A stretch of DNA of 62,479 nt, counting the filler, from Globobulimina sp. (lineage: Eukaryota): NCBI GenBank assembly GCA_003354225.1. It is 14 parts of 14 records of this genome, joined end to end, with 100 filler letters (N's around TTAATTAATTAA, not from the genome) between each part and the next. Parts side by side here need not be neighbours in the genome. Positions count along the whole stretch, not along the records: positions 35,799 to 40,165 come from PIVH01001310.1; positions 40,266 to 44,631 come from PIVH01001311.1; positions 44,732 to 49,096 come from PIVH01001312.1; 11 more parts are not named here. One strand, written 5' to 3'. The translations under genes and the position numbers were made by a program. The notes beneath the pieces were generated by a model that saw only the letters and a list, made by a program, of their open reading frames with translations, searched no databases and was not told the origin of the DNA. Each line of letters opens with the position of its first letter. The stretch's first letter is position 1. Of this stretch, positions 35,799 through 47,094 are shown piece after piece.

Positions 35799-38700
35799 AA
35801 ACATACACAGTCATTGCATTATGGGCAAGTTGGTGGTGGTCAATTATTATTAGACCATAACGCCACCATTAAAGCCCTCAAAACACCGACATGGAATAGA
35901 AACATTTGGTGATTTGGCCCAAATGCATAAAAATAATACAAAAAGTAAATAATACATAAATGATTATAAGTTATATAAAAGGGAGACTATGGAGTGGAAT
36001 ACAGTGAATTTGGATGCATTTGGATGAAATATTGGTGAATGGCTATGTAAAGGTCTTATTGGTGGTGAATTATCATCAAAATCACCAATACCAACAAACA
36101 AACCGCACAGAAACACATTGACATTGTATTTATTGTAAAAAATGTAAATATTTATTGTGTTGTTCTTGGAAACACTTAGAAACAGTTAGAAACACTTAGA
36201 AACGCGTACCTATGTTCTTATGTGCATACATGTCTATTTACACTATGATATTCCAATGCATTTTCACCATATGGTTTCTACACTGACATGATTAAAGATG
36301 TTCGTAGTTTTTTCCAGTGAGTCCAGTTTTTAGCTGCAAATTTCAAATGGCGCTTAAGTTGAATCCAACCGTTATCGAACCAGGGAGATTGATGGGCTAC
36401 AATAGCATTCATTCAGTGTTGAATACCATAACATTAGCTGTGATTAACAGCATTAACTATTCTGAGTTGCGTGTTGTTTTAAATTAATATAAATATGTTC
36501 TTAAATAGATTAATAGATCAAAAATGGATGTTATTGATATCGATGAATTCGGTGATTCGGAAGCAATATCAGTGCGTAAATCATTAAATGAATTATTTAT
36601 CATTGCTCCTGTAATAACAACTGGATTATCTGATTGCTGGTCAGAATTAAATCAATATGTATTGGAAGGTTGTGTTCCTGTATCTACTTATGATAAAAAT
36701 GAAATTTATTATTGTTTATGGCCTAACGATGATGGTTCTTTTTCCACTGTTTATTATCCTGCATATTATCGAAAACACACACAACAACATACTACTTTAC
36801 AATACGTCAAACACTCCGAACAAATATCAATACCAAATAAAACTATAATATCACAGTTTCATGTACCTACTATTATTAAAAGAATTGCTGTTGTCAACAG
36901 TACACCGTACACTTTGTATGTTTTCCCCAAACTTGGAAAACAATCCGCAAACTTGGAAAACAATCCGATTTGGAGTCATATGACGAAGCATTATATGACA
37001 AAGAAACGGCTCGTTTTGCAACAGCACTATCTGCTGCTGATCTTGTGACTGAGTTAGACGAAGTAAACGAAAATGCTGCAAAACTTCCGCTAGAGACAAA
37101 GGAAGGAAAATATACAAAGCAGACTTTTGCAGGTCTCGACTGGGAGTATAAACCCATATTAGTTTCTATATCATCTGATTGGTTAAAAAATAATGTTTTT
37201 GATATTATAGAAACGGAGAGTGAATATAAATATTATTTCAAACAACCTACACGCCAATCAACACAACGACTGTTAACAAAAATACAATCTACACAAATTT
37301 ATAAAGATATTTTCAAACATATACCATTAGGAATAAGAACTGATCCATATTTTGCTCAAGGATCCGGTCTTAATCATATCACTGTATATTATTATTGCAT
37401 GCATCGACGAGATATGTGCAATGTTAGATTTCGTGGATATATTAATATGAATGAAGTGATTTATGATTCATATTCGGAGATATTATTAAAACCAATAAAT
37501 TATCCTTGTATCCATATAAAAGGTCGCATTGCTGGCTGTATCCGCGCTGAAGAAAGGACTAATTTTATTTCACATAAGCCACCAAGGATTCAGTTCAATG
37601 ATGCATTACATGATAATATAAATAACCAGCAGCACTTATATGGCAATTATAATAATTCCTTGAAATCCATCGGACAAAGTCGGCGCATAAAACATGTCAT
37701 AAGCAAAGATAGATTCATTCCATTAAATAATCGATGTTTAAGCTAAAACTGTTAATGCTAAAACATGTGATAATGATATTATTGCTAAAACTGTTAATGA
37801 AATAACTATTTTGCAGGACAAGTACCAATTGGAAGAGATACAGACATTAGGATCGAAAGCAGATTGTGTTGATCAGGATGATTTAGGTTGGATTCATTCG
37901 TTGATTGCAAATATTCCATCCGGTGCAATATATCATTTCTCCGCATTAAAAATATATGCAAAGTTATCTCGCAAGCGGTGTATTCCATTGTATATTGATG
38001 ATATCAGTAATTTGGTGTTGGAAGTATATGGAAGGCGTATATTGCATTCTATAATATGGATGAGAGATCCATCAGGCTGTGCTCCAATACCGTTGGCTGA
38101 ATTTTTCTGTGGTAATTGGAAAAGTAAATATTTTGGTGATGCGTTTCAAAGGTACTTCACAGTTTTTTCATACATGTTTATGTTTATGATGGCTTGGCTT
38201 AACTTTGTGTTTATGTTTGTGGTGATTTCTATTTATTTGTTCATCAGATTTAACGACGATTTGGAGATTAATGGTGAAGTGCGTATTGATGTTTTTGTTA
38301 TGGATAATTACACGGGTTTTATCAAACGTATTATTCGAGTCAGAAACGGAATGTCTGTTCCGCAATATTATCAAAGAATGATTGATATTATTGGAAAATC
38401 GACACAATGGCCAAGAACATTAGTGTCAAGATGTCAAAACCATACAACACATGATATATGCCAGTATTATAAGAACGCACCGAATTGTAAATCGCTTATA
38501 AAAAATATGTGGATAACATTGAAAACAACAACATCGCATTCACATTGGTTAGCTGTTATATCATTTTTATTTTATATATCATCAAATAAACGAATTTTTG
38601 TTCAATCGAACACAATAAATATGATTGATCCATTTATTAATGTAAAATTTGATATGTACAAATTATTTGAAGAGTAAAAAACAACAACAAATAACACTGC

Positions 38701-40165
38701 TATGTTGGGAGATATGTTGGGAGATATGTTGGAAGATAATAAACAAGAAATAATATTAAGTAATGATACTATTACAATTTATCCAATCATTGGAACCAAT
38801 ATTATTTCATTGACTATTGATAAATATGCTATAAATGGAGTTAAATATGTCACAATCGATTACGGATTATCTCAAGCTATAATTTCGTATAACACCGATG
38901 ATTCATTTGCATCCATAATGTTTAATATAGAGAGAAAGTCCGCAAATTTAAAAGAATATGCTTGGGATAATATATTTAAATGGTATGGTTCATATGCGGC
39001 ACAAATTTTTAATAGATTTTCGGATAATGTCACAGATAATGGCAGATCTGAAAAAGGAAATGGTTTTCGCAGATCTGAATTGGGAAAGACAAAAGGCACA
39101 CCATCACTGAGTGTATATATAGCCGATGTAAAGGAAATAATGGAAAAAAGAGTTGCAATTTTAGTTCCATCATCAAAGTGTACACAGAGTCAAGATATTG
39201 GTAAAGCTTTGACGTTGATGGCTGGATATAAAATGAAACAAAGGGTATATGTATTGGATGAGACTGAAAAATTGATAAACAAGCAAATGATTGGAGCTAT
39301 TGAACATTTACAACAATTGGTTACTGCAGAAATTAATATTAATGACAAAAAAGTTATTCAAAGGAGTTTAATGAAATTTAAAAAAAAGAAACAATTGATT
39401 TTATTTGAGAATTGTGGTGATACAACAATGGTAAAGCATGTATCTAGTATGATATCAAGAGATAAACCAAAGCATTGGAGTAAGAATGATAAATATCATC
39501 AATCTGTTTTAAAATGGATAAAAAAAGCGAAAAAAATACAAACAAAGAGAAAAGCTAAACGTTTCTTGTGTATAAGCTAATGCCAATGACATCCGCTATT
39601 TAAACTGCACTTTCTGCGCAATGAACTCATTGAAATGTCACTTAAGTCAAAGTCTTTTTTTTTTCATCATGAAACTGATAGTCACAATGGTCACAATGGC
39701 GTCGTTTCCGTCGAAACATTGGAATCACAATGGCGTAGGCATTATGTGGGATCTTTGGAATCAAAATCCAAATTATTATGGTATTATGGCTTGAATATAA
39801 CATCTCTTATAAGTCACAAGTGCTCTGCAATGTGTAGCATCACTCAGTCGCCACGAGCATCATACCCTCGCGTGATATCCCTTTATGAACAACAACTCCC
39901 TGCAAAAATTCAAAGACCCAATCACCAATCACCAGATTAAAGACCCTATCACTGAAACAAAACAAAAACGAAATAATAACAATACCGATAGGTATTGCAC
40001 TGTGTTAAGTGTTATTTATTGTATACGATTTTGATAAAATGCAATAAAACATACACAGTCATTGCATTATGGGCAAGTTGGTGGTGGTCAATTATTATTA
40101 GACCATAACGCCACCATTAAAGCCCTCAAAACACCGACATGGAATAGAAACATTTGGTGATTTGG
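35799..40165 (+). mobile_element. Circularly permuted 4,248-bp unit carrying a Mutator/NOF-FB-like DDE transposase
   Basis: The first 119 bp (35799-35917) equal the last 119 bp (40047-40165). One transposase-like gene occupies most of the unit. Confidence 0.7.
36524..39580 (+). pseudogene. Disrupted Mutator/NOF-like transposase with introns
   Basis: YYYCMH...C...CIH Zn-finger-like region; LYIDD, PIPLAEFF, FVMDN, SRCQNH (CxxH), NGRSEKG. Intron 38152-38247 and an acceptor near 37816. A 20-bp tandem duplication (36928-36967) shifts the frame; in-frame TAA at 38675-38677. Confidence 0.65.
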
Positions 40166-40265
40166 NNNNNNNNNNNNNNNNNNNNNNNNNNNNNNNNNNN
40201 NNNNNNNNNTTAATTAATTAANNNNNNNNNNNNNNNNNNNNNNNNNNNNNNNNNNNNNNNNNNNN

Positions 40266-41097
40266 CATCGCGTCGGGCGGCTTAGATAACACAGTCTCAA
40301 TATTCAAGACTTCCAACCAAAACGCACAAGCCGGTACACCTCCATTTTAATAATATATCCTCGCACTCTGTAATATGCCACATCGCGGTTTCGCAACACG
40401 CAAAATCGCACAATACATAGGAGCCAATGGCGGCAGATTCCGCTCAAAAGATTTATACCGAGAATTGGAGAAACATGACGGTTATTTATCGTGTGCCCGT
40501 TTCATCGATGATGGAGAGATCATATCGGCATCGGGCGACGGAACGTGTATATTATGGGACGCCGAGAACCGCTCTGCAAAGAATATATTCATGGACCATA
40601 CGGGAGATGTAATGTCGATCGATTTGAACAAGAAAAACCCCAATTTATTCGTGTCGGGTTCGGTCGACGCCACTGCAAAGATATGGGACATGCGAAGCAG
40701 CGATCGATGTATTAGTAACTTCCCGGGACATATATCTGACATTAATACTGTTAAATGGTTCGTTGACGGCGAGTCCGTAGTGACCGGCAGCGATGATGGC
40801 ACGGTGCGGCTATTTGATATGCGATCGTATCGGCAGTTGAATGAGTACTCGGATGGCGAGAATCGGTCATTACATTCGCAAGACGCGGCGGGTGTGACTA
40901 GTGTCGATGTGTCGGCGTCGGGGCAGTATGTGTTCGCAGCTTATGACAATGGACAGGTTTATATGTGGTCGGCTCTCCGCGCCATCAAAATATGTGATAT
41001 GCCGCATGATTCTCGCGTGTCTTCGTTGGGAGTGTCGCCGGATGGATATGCGCTTGCCACTGGTTGTTGGGACTTCAATTTGCGTGTATTTGCGTAA
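40266..41097 (+). CDS. GNB1: Heterotrimeric G-protein beta subunit, 5'-truncated
   Basis: IASGGLDN, RELEKHDGYLSCARF, SASGDGTCILWD, HTGDVMS, GHISDIN, TGSDDGTVRLFDMR, HDSRVSSLGVSPDG.ALATG.WD. Intron about 40335-40420. Confidence 0.92.
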
Positions 41098-41525
41098 TGA
41101 GACTTATGATATAAAAGATTTCTTTTTTCTTTCTCCTTTTTGTATTGTAAATATAATATTTTGTTTGATAATTTGCATGTGAATGAATCGGCGAATCTGC
41201 TTTTTTTTTGAATTGATTTTGATGCTTGTATCGAATTCGTATTTTGCGCTTGTTGGGAATTGTTAGGCAACGCTGAGTGCCTTACTTAGTATTTTGAAGA
41301 AATCAATAGTTTTATTGCCAGAAAATCAATACGATTGAGAGCTAGATTTATAATTAAAACATTGATACATGAAACTCGCAATAAATACTAACACAAAAAT
41401 ATTAAATTCTTTCTTCAAAAAATAAACAATTTGTATATTATATAAAATATATTGTGCGACGTACGTTTTGTGTCTAAAAAGAAACAAAGATTTAATTATA
41501 TTATTCGTAATAAATAATTTTATAT

Positions 41526-42512
41526 TTACAGACATATTTTAACTTCATCATTTTCTGCCCACGAACTGAACACTGATAAAAATTTATTACATCGACACGA
41601 ACCATCCACATTATAACTTGCATAATAAAATGCATTTATTTCCGGCATATTTCCATAAACCGCTCTTGCCCCAAATTCATCATTCTCTCGGATTCCACCA
41701 AAGTTCCCAATGTCAACATCAATGTTTAAATTTGAAATAATCCCAATTTCTTGGCGCAATAAATCACACTTTATTATCTTATACAAAGTCACAAATAATT
41801 TGCGCAGAGTACAGCAGACATTGTAAAATTTAGCTAAAATCATCTGAAATTATTTTAAAATATATGCTGTAATCTGAAAATTGTTTACCTTAATTATCCA
41901 TTCATGATATCCAGTATTAAACCCATTGGATAGCATGAAATATTTATTATTTTTGCCGTGAATAATTTTAAATTTCTTAATAAGCGATGTATAAATTGGT
42001 GTAGGCGCTGCATATGAAGTTGGTGATGGCTTTATAGGTTCCGGTGAATTGCAGGACGATATAATTGATGGTGATGCAGTCATTGCAGTGGTACAACCGG
42101 TAGAAAATGCGGAAACCATTGAATTATTCACTGATAAATCAGAAACTGCAGAACATGAATCTGACGATTTTTTGCTGGGAATTTTTATTGCTGGTACGTT
42201 AATTTTGTATTTTTTTGTCTCTTTTGGTACTTTAATCATCAGAGTGTATTTGGATGGTGGGCTACAATGGTCATTATTGATTATTTGCAATTGATCGTCA
42301 TTGTAAACATCAAGTAAGTCAGAACAATCTGCAGCTGATACTTTTGTAGTACTATGTTGTGGTGTTATTGATGAATGTGATAATAAATGATTATTATTAC
42401 TTGTATCATCATAGGACGAGCCACGTCGGACTGGCTGGGGTACATCGAATTGTTTTGCTTTCATTATCAAGCGCAGTTTTCTTTTTTGATTAAAATAGCT
42501 ACTTAGTGACAT
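41526..42512 (-). CDS. Ser-rich protein with a C-terminal SPRY/B30.2-like domain (3' end uncertain)
   Basis: GFNTGYHEWIIK|IIKCD...QEIGIISN...W.ENDEVKICL; one GT-AG intron at about 41778-41889. Confidence 0.5.
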
Positions 42513-42524
42513 AGGTTGGCCACA

Positions 42525-43106
42525 ATGTCAACTCACAGTCATAGAACAAGAAAAAAACGTACTAAATTATCAAGAAAAAGGAGCAATGTATCAAACAAAC
42601 GACGTAAAACAAACAAAGGGAGAGATGATTATGAAAGTAATGAAGCTGTATATTGTATTTGTAGGAAACCTGATGACATGAAACCAATGGTACGATGTGA
42701 ACACTGTTTAGAATGGTTCCATTATCAATGTGTACAAATCAGGAAAGAATCATCCATTGTATATGCAGATGAATTTGATTGCCCGCTTTGTAAAAAAAGG
42801 AAATGTAAAAAGAAAAAGAAAAATAAGCTGGGAAATAGTAGTAACGCAAAAGTAAAACAACAACAAATGGAAACAAATGATGTGTGTAATATTGACATTA
42901 ATATTGTTAATAAATTAAGAGATATTCATCAATTAATAAATTCATTGGATGATAAACAAAGTAATGACTCAAAGGATGATACAATTATAAGATCACTACG
43001 AAAAACAATTAATGGATTAAAAGAAGAAATATCTGTCAAAGACGCGGAAATAAAAAGATTGCGAAGTAGCTATAGACAAATTTCAAGCACTGACAAACAA
43101 ATTTAA
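42525..43106 (+). CDS. PHD-finger protein with C-terminal coiled coil
   Basis: VYCICRKP....MVRCEHCLEWFHYQCV...FDCPLC, with NLS-like basic tracts. Confidence 0.9.
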   Translation: MSTHSHRTRKKRTKLSRKRSNVSNKRRKTNKGRDDYESNEAVYCICRKPDDMKPMVRCEHCLEWFHYQCVQIRKESSIVYADEFDCPLCKKRKCKKKKKNKLGNSSNAKVKQQQMETNDVCNIDINIVNKLRDIHQLINSLDDKQSNDSKDDTIIRSLRKTINGLKEEISVKDAEIKRLRSSYRQISSTDKQI

Positions 43107-43370
43107 TTGTAATGCACTTACAAAAGTGCTATTGGATGATCATGATTTATTTTGTTATGCTTTCTTTCATTTGTATACAACCGGCTTGATTTACTTGTAC
43201 TTTTCTAAAAATCGGAAAGGTTTTCACTGAACAGTTTGAAATTTCTAACAAATGCTGAATTCACAATATATTCTTGAAAAACTCTTAACTAAAGCGACAT
43301 TTCAAAGAAATGTGAAAAAAATAACAATATCACAATATATATGTATACAAATAACACGACACCACATTGT

Positions 43371-44279
43371 TTACTCTTTGTTGACTGTAACATCTTTGAA
43401 TGAGCCATCATAAATTATGTCTGACCCATCGATTGGATTAATATCCAGCCAATATTTTGTCACCTTTGACGCCAAAATGTGAACATATTGAGGTCGCACT
43501 ATGGATTTCAACATTTGTCGAACAAAGAATAGCGTACAAGTAATACCGGCAGAGGCACCCCAATCAGCTGAATGTATTCCAGTAAAGGCGAGTTTTATTT
43601 TTTTATTTTCTATATTTGCCCATTTAAAGTACATAGCAATGGTTAAAAATGCCAACCATACCACCATTATACCAATGTTAACAATTTTGACTCTCGGCTT
43701 AGTGGGCCATCCATCAGCCATTGCGATCATAGCTGCAAAGGTTATGGAGATAACAAAGTCCCAAATACTTGTTTGAAATTCAATGGATCCGCTTTCATAA
43801 TGACCGGCAGAATATGCATAACAAAAATTCATTACAGCCAAATTGTAGAGTTTTATCCAAAATTCAAATGTAAATATTATCTTTTGAATCATGGCAACAT
43901 TAAAAGTAAAAAAACAACATAATTCGCCACAAAATACTATAACGGAACAGGGCAATGTCCATAATGTTCCTCGTAAAGTGGCTCTGGAAATGAAATATAA
44001 CATAAAACTAAACAGCAATGTTATTACTTGTCCGTATTTGTTCAATCCGATGTGCACTATTTTGGATGCAATTTGCTTTCTGGATCTTAGTATTTTATGC
44101 CATACACTGTCATTTAATCGTAAACGAAGTGCATTGGCTGAAAATCTCTCTTGTTGTTGCTCGATTGCTGTTGTTGCTCTATGGATATTTGAGTCTTGTG
44201 GTTTGGAGTCTGGCTCATTTGCCAGCTGTTTAACGTTGGTTGGGACTGTAATTGTAAGTGTCGTCGCTGTCCGTTCCAT
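43371..44279 (-). CDS. Multi-pass (about 6 TM) membrane protein of unknown function
   Basis: Intact 302-aa ORF with multiple hydrophobic helices. Confidence 0.7.
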   Translation of the reverse strand: MERTATTLTITVPTNVKQLANEPDSKPQDSNIHRATTAIEQQQERFSANALRLRLNDSVWHKILRSRKQIASKIVHIGLNKYGQVITLLFSFMLYFISRATLRGTLWTLPCSVIVFCGELCCFFTFNVAMIQKIIFTFEFWIKLYNLAVMNFCYAYSAGHYESGSIEFQTSIWDFVISITFAAMIAMADGWPTKPRVKIVNIGIMVVWLAFLTIAMYFKWANIENKKIKLAFTGIHSADWGASAGITCTLFFVRQMLKSIVRPQYVHILASKVTKYWLDINPIDGSDIIYDGSFKDVTVNKE

Positions 44280-44355
44280 GTTTCTATAGTAAAAGTTAGA
44301 AAAAAAATAAAAAACTTTCTCTGTTGTTTAATCGACAAATTAATGTTTGTAAATG

Positions 44356-44631
44356 TCACTGAACACTGCCTTTCCTTTGGAACATCAAATCAGTTCGAAT
44401 GATATATTTAACACCGTTCCTTGGTGCCAATGCACAATGTCTTTTACATAAATCTTTACCAGCCCCGTCATGATAAAATATTAAAACCGATCCCGTTTTG
44501 GGAAACACATTTATAACCTTATCATAATTCCCCTTTTCTTTATCATCCTCCATTCCATTAAACTGATTATAATCATTAAAAAACTGTGTTTCACCATTTT
44601 CAAAACTATCATTTAAATAAATAACCACACT
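44356..44631 (-). CDS. C-terminus of a 2OG-Fe(II) dioxygenase (prolyl-4-hydroxylase-like)
   Basis: IYLNDSFENGETQF...PKTGSVLIF.H...H.A....GVKYIIRTDLMF. Confidence 0.85.
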   Translation of the reverse strand, partial: SVVIYLNDSFENGETQFFNDYNQFNGMEDDKEKGNYDKVINVFPKTGSVLIFYHDGAGKDLCKRHCALAPRNGVKYIIRTDLMFQRKGSVQ

Positions 44632-44731
44632 NNNNNNNNNNNNNNNNNNNNNNNNNNNNNNNNNNNNNNNNNNNNTTAATTAATTAANNNNNNNNNNNNN
44701 NNNNNNNNNNNNNNNNNNNNNNNNNNNNNNN

Positions 44732-44849
44732 TCAATATGCTTTGCTATTAATCTACATATCACTCCATATCTTCTTGTTTTTATTGGCTTCAACAAAATC
44801 ATATTTAAACGCTAACAATTTTCACATTTTACATCCATGGGAAAGATTT
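44732..44849 (-). repeat. Inverted copy of 44957-45074 (5' part of a probable second SRP RNA gene)
   Basis: 118-bp arm with 2 mismatches to the reverse complement of 44957-45074, separated by a 107-bp spacer; runs off the contig start. Confidence 0.8.
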
Positions 44850-45029
44850 GTGTTCCGCTTATAATAAGATTATTTGGCGTACAATGTCATATTGATTATA
44901 AAATATAAAATGAATGTCAGTGTACTCACTATACGGCTGATCGAATTAAATTGTTAAAATCTTTCCCATGGATGTAAAATGTCAAAATTGTTAACGTTTA
45001 AATATGATTTTGTTGAAGCCAATAAAAAC

Positions 45030-45348
45030 AAGAAGATATGGAGTGATATGTAGATTAATAGCAAAGCATATTGATTACCAAATGAATGTCTAATCACTTT
45101 AATACTTATTGATGTGTGACCAACACTGATATCCACTCGAAAGTATGGGTAAAAAGTATTGTATGATATTTATATTGTGCAATATCTTCGGGGTTGATAA
45201 TAAGAGGGAGTACCGTGTGAGGCCGGAAACGGAGCAGCAAAAATCCCCTATCACCATTCAGCTTAAGTGCCGATTAAATCGCATTCTCATTTAATGTAAT
45301 CGATATGCGCTTTGTTATCAAATCTTCTGTACACATATCTTCTTTTTT
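45030..45348 (+). ncRNA. Signal recognition particle RNA (7SL); the 5' end may extend upstream to about 44965
   Basis: Helix-8 motif taagagggagtaccgtgtgAGGCCGGAAACGGAGCAGcaaaaatccc closely resembles eukaryotic 7SL (AGGUCGGAAACGGAGCAG). Long-range pairing: gaagatatg/catatcttc and agcaaagcatattgattac/gtaatcgatatgcgctttgtt. GAAA-capped hairpin near 45130-45151. Ends in a Pol III T-run. Confidence 0.85.
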
Positions 45349-45488
45349 TGCTTTTTTCTGTCGACTGCCAAATTAAAATTTTAACACTATATTTGCACAT
45401 TTTGCTTATGGTGAGTGCGATAAGTGATGATGTATCAGTGAAAAAAAAACACCCAAGATAACACATCCTAAAAACTTCTTAGTATATA

Positions 45489-47092
45489 ATGATGAAATAT
45501 GCTCCATCTTCAACACAAAATCCAAGAAATAACGCAACTAAATCAAATAAACTATTACCAATCATCCTTCGTGCATTAGCCATAGGTAATATTAATATAT
45601 CCTTACATATATCTTACATCTGCATATAACAAAAACAATTAAGGTGTTATTATTGGAAATGTCTTCTTTATATTATCATACATGATTGGTCTGCCCACAG
45701 TTCTTCGACGCTCAACATCTGACATCTCAACCATTCCTCAAAACACATTGTATATAATACACGATCCAGTCAAAGATGTACCAGACCTAAATCAAGCAGC
45801 ACGATCATTAGTGGTTGGTAATGATAAGACACTCATAACTCTCCAAAACAGGTTCATTCGGCGTCCACCGTCAAAGAATTGCTCGTTACCACCAGGATTT
45901 CCAGGCAGCACTCCTGGCTGGAAACGTTTAATCAGAATATGTAACCATTTGAACAGATTTAGTATTGCCTGCCCAGCCGACAAGGCCTGTATTGACTGTA
46001 TCCCTCCGTGGGGCGGTCCCAATTGGTTACGTGAATGGGTCACAACATTCACAAAACGTGAATATAACACACGTACGCGGCGAAGACAAGAGTTACAAAA
46101 ACTAATCTCAACTAAACTATCATTGAAAAATGACGAAGCTTCTATAACATTAATGACATTAAACAGTGGTTATTCGTATTTGTTTCTAAATTGGCTGTGT
46201 GGTTTGTATTTGTTAGGTATTGCTGACGATGTACGATTGACCACAATTATTATCGCCACAGACGAAAAAACAGAATTTCTAGCAAGAAAAGTTGGCTTTC
46301 AAGTTTTGTCAAAACTAATATGCAAATTAACAAACAAAAAAATACGATTATTATAAAATATATATTTAGGTGGTACGCGGTGATTGGTTGGAAATAAAAA
46401 TTGATGAGGCAGCAGCTAAAGAGTTTGCACTTGGAGCTCACCGATGGGTGGTTTGTCTGCAGATTGTGTATTCTTTTGATTTAATTGAGATGGGATACAA
46501 TATCATCCAACAGGACGTTGATGTAGTTTGGTTACGCGATGTTCGTAAATATTTTGAAAATACTTATAATGATATCGAGATGGTTTGTGATGGCAGGTTG
46601 GATTGGGGAGGACCGGGTAATTCCGGTTTCATTCATGTTCGGTCGAATTGTAAAACAAAAGTTTATATGGAAACATTGGTTTATTATATTGGTCTGGTTA
46701 TTTCTGGGCGCAGTGATCAGAGAGTTTGGAACCTGTTTTTAACGAGTTATGATTTTCGACAGTTGTTATTTGAAATGCTACCGCCAGACATCTTTGTTGG
46801 TGGCGATTTATGGGGTAATGGAAGGAAGAAAGGTGATCGCTTAAGTGATCATATTTGGTTTTTGCACGCTTCGTGGACTGCCGATCATACCGAGAAAATA
46901 ACGAAATTCAAGCAAGTGGATGCTTGGTTTTTTAATGAAAGTTGTCCGTTTTATAATGCTGAAATGACTCCAAATCATAAACCGCCACCATATTATAGTC
47001 CATCTGGAGAGAGACATTTTGTTTATCCTGATCCAAATGGAAAGGTTTGGTGGAAAACAAAAGGACAGAAACATTTTTATGAAGACCGATAA
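45489..47092 (+). CDS. Nucleotide-diphospho-sugar transferase (GT77-like) type II Golgi glycosyltransferase, 3 exons
   Basis: TM anchor; N.GY..LFLNWLC; GYNIIQQDVDVVWLRD (DxD); NSGF; SDQ; HASW. Introns about 45586-45642 and 46304-46369. Confidence 0.85.
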
Positions 47093-47094
47093 TA

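Noticed and set aside
40059-40160. HYGQVGGGQLLL peptide as a TET/JBP-like dioxygenase relic in the circular unit
   Set aside because: Too short, and no HxD or downstream H/R motifs could be found in frame.
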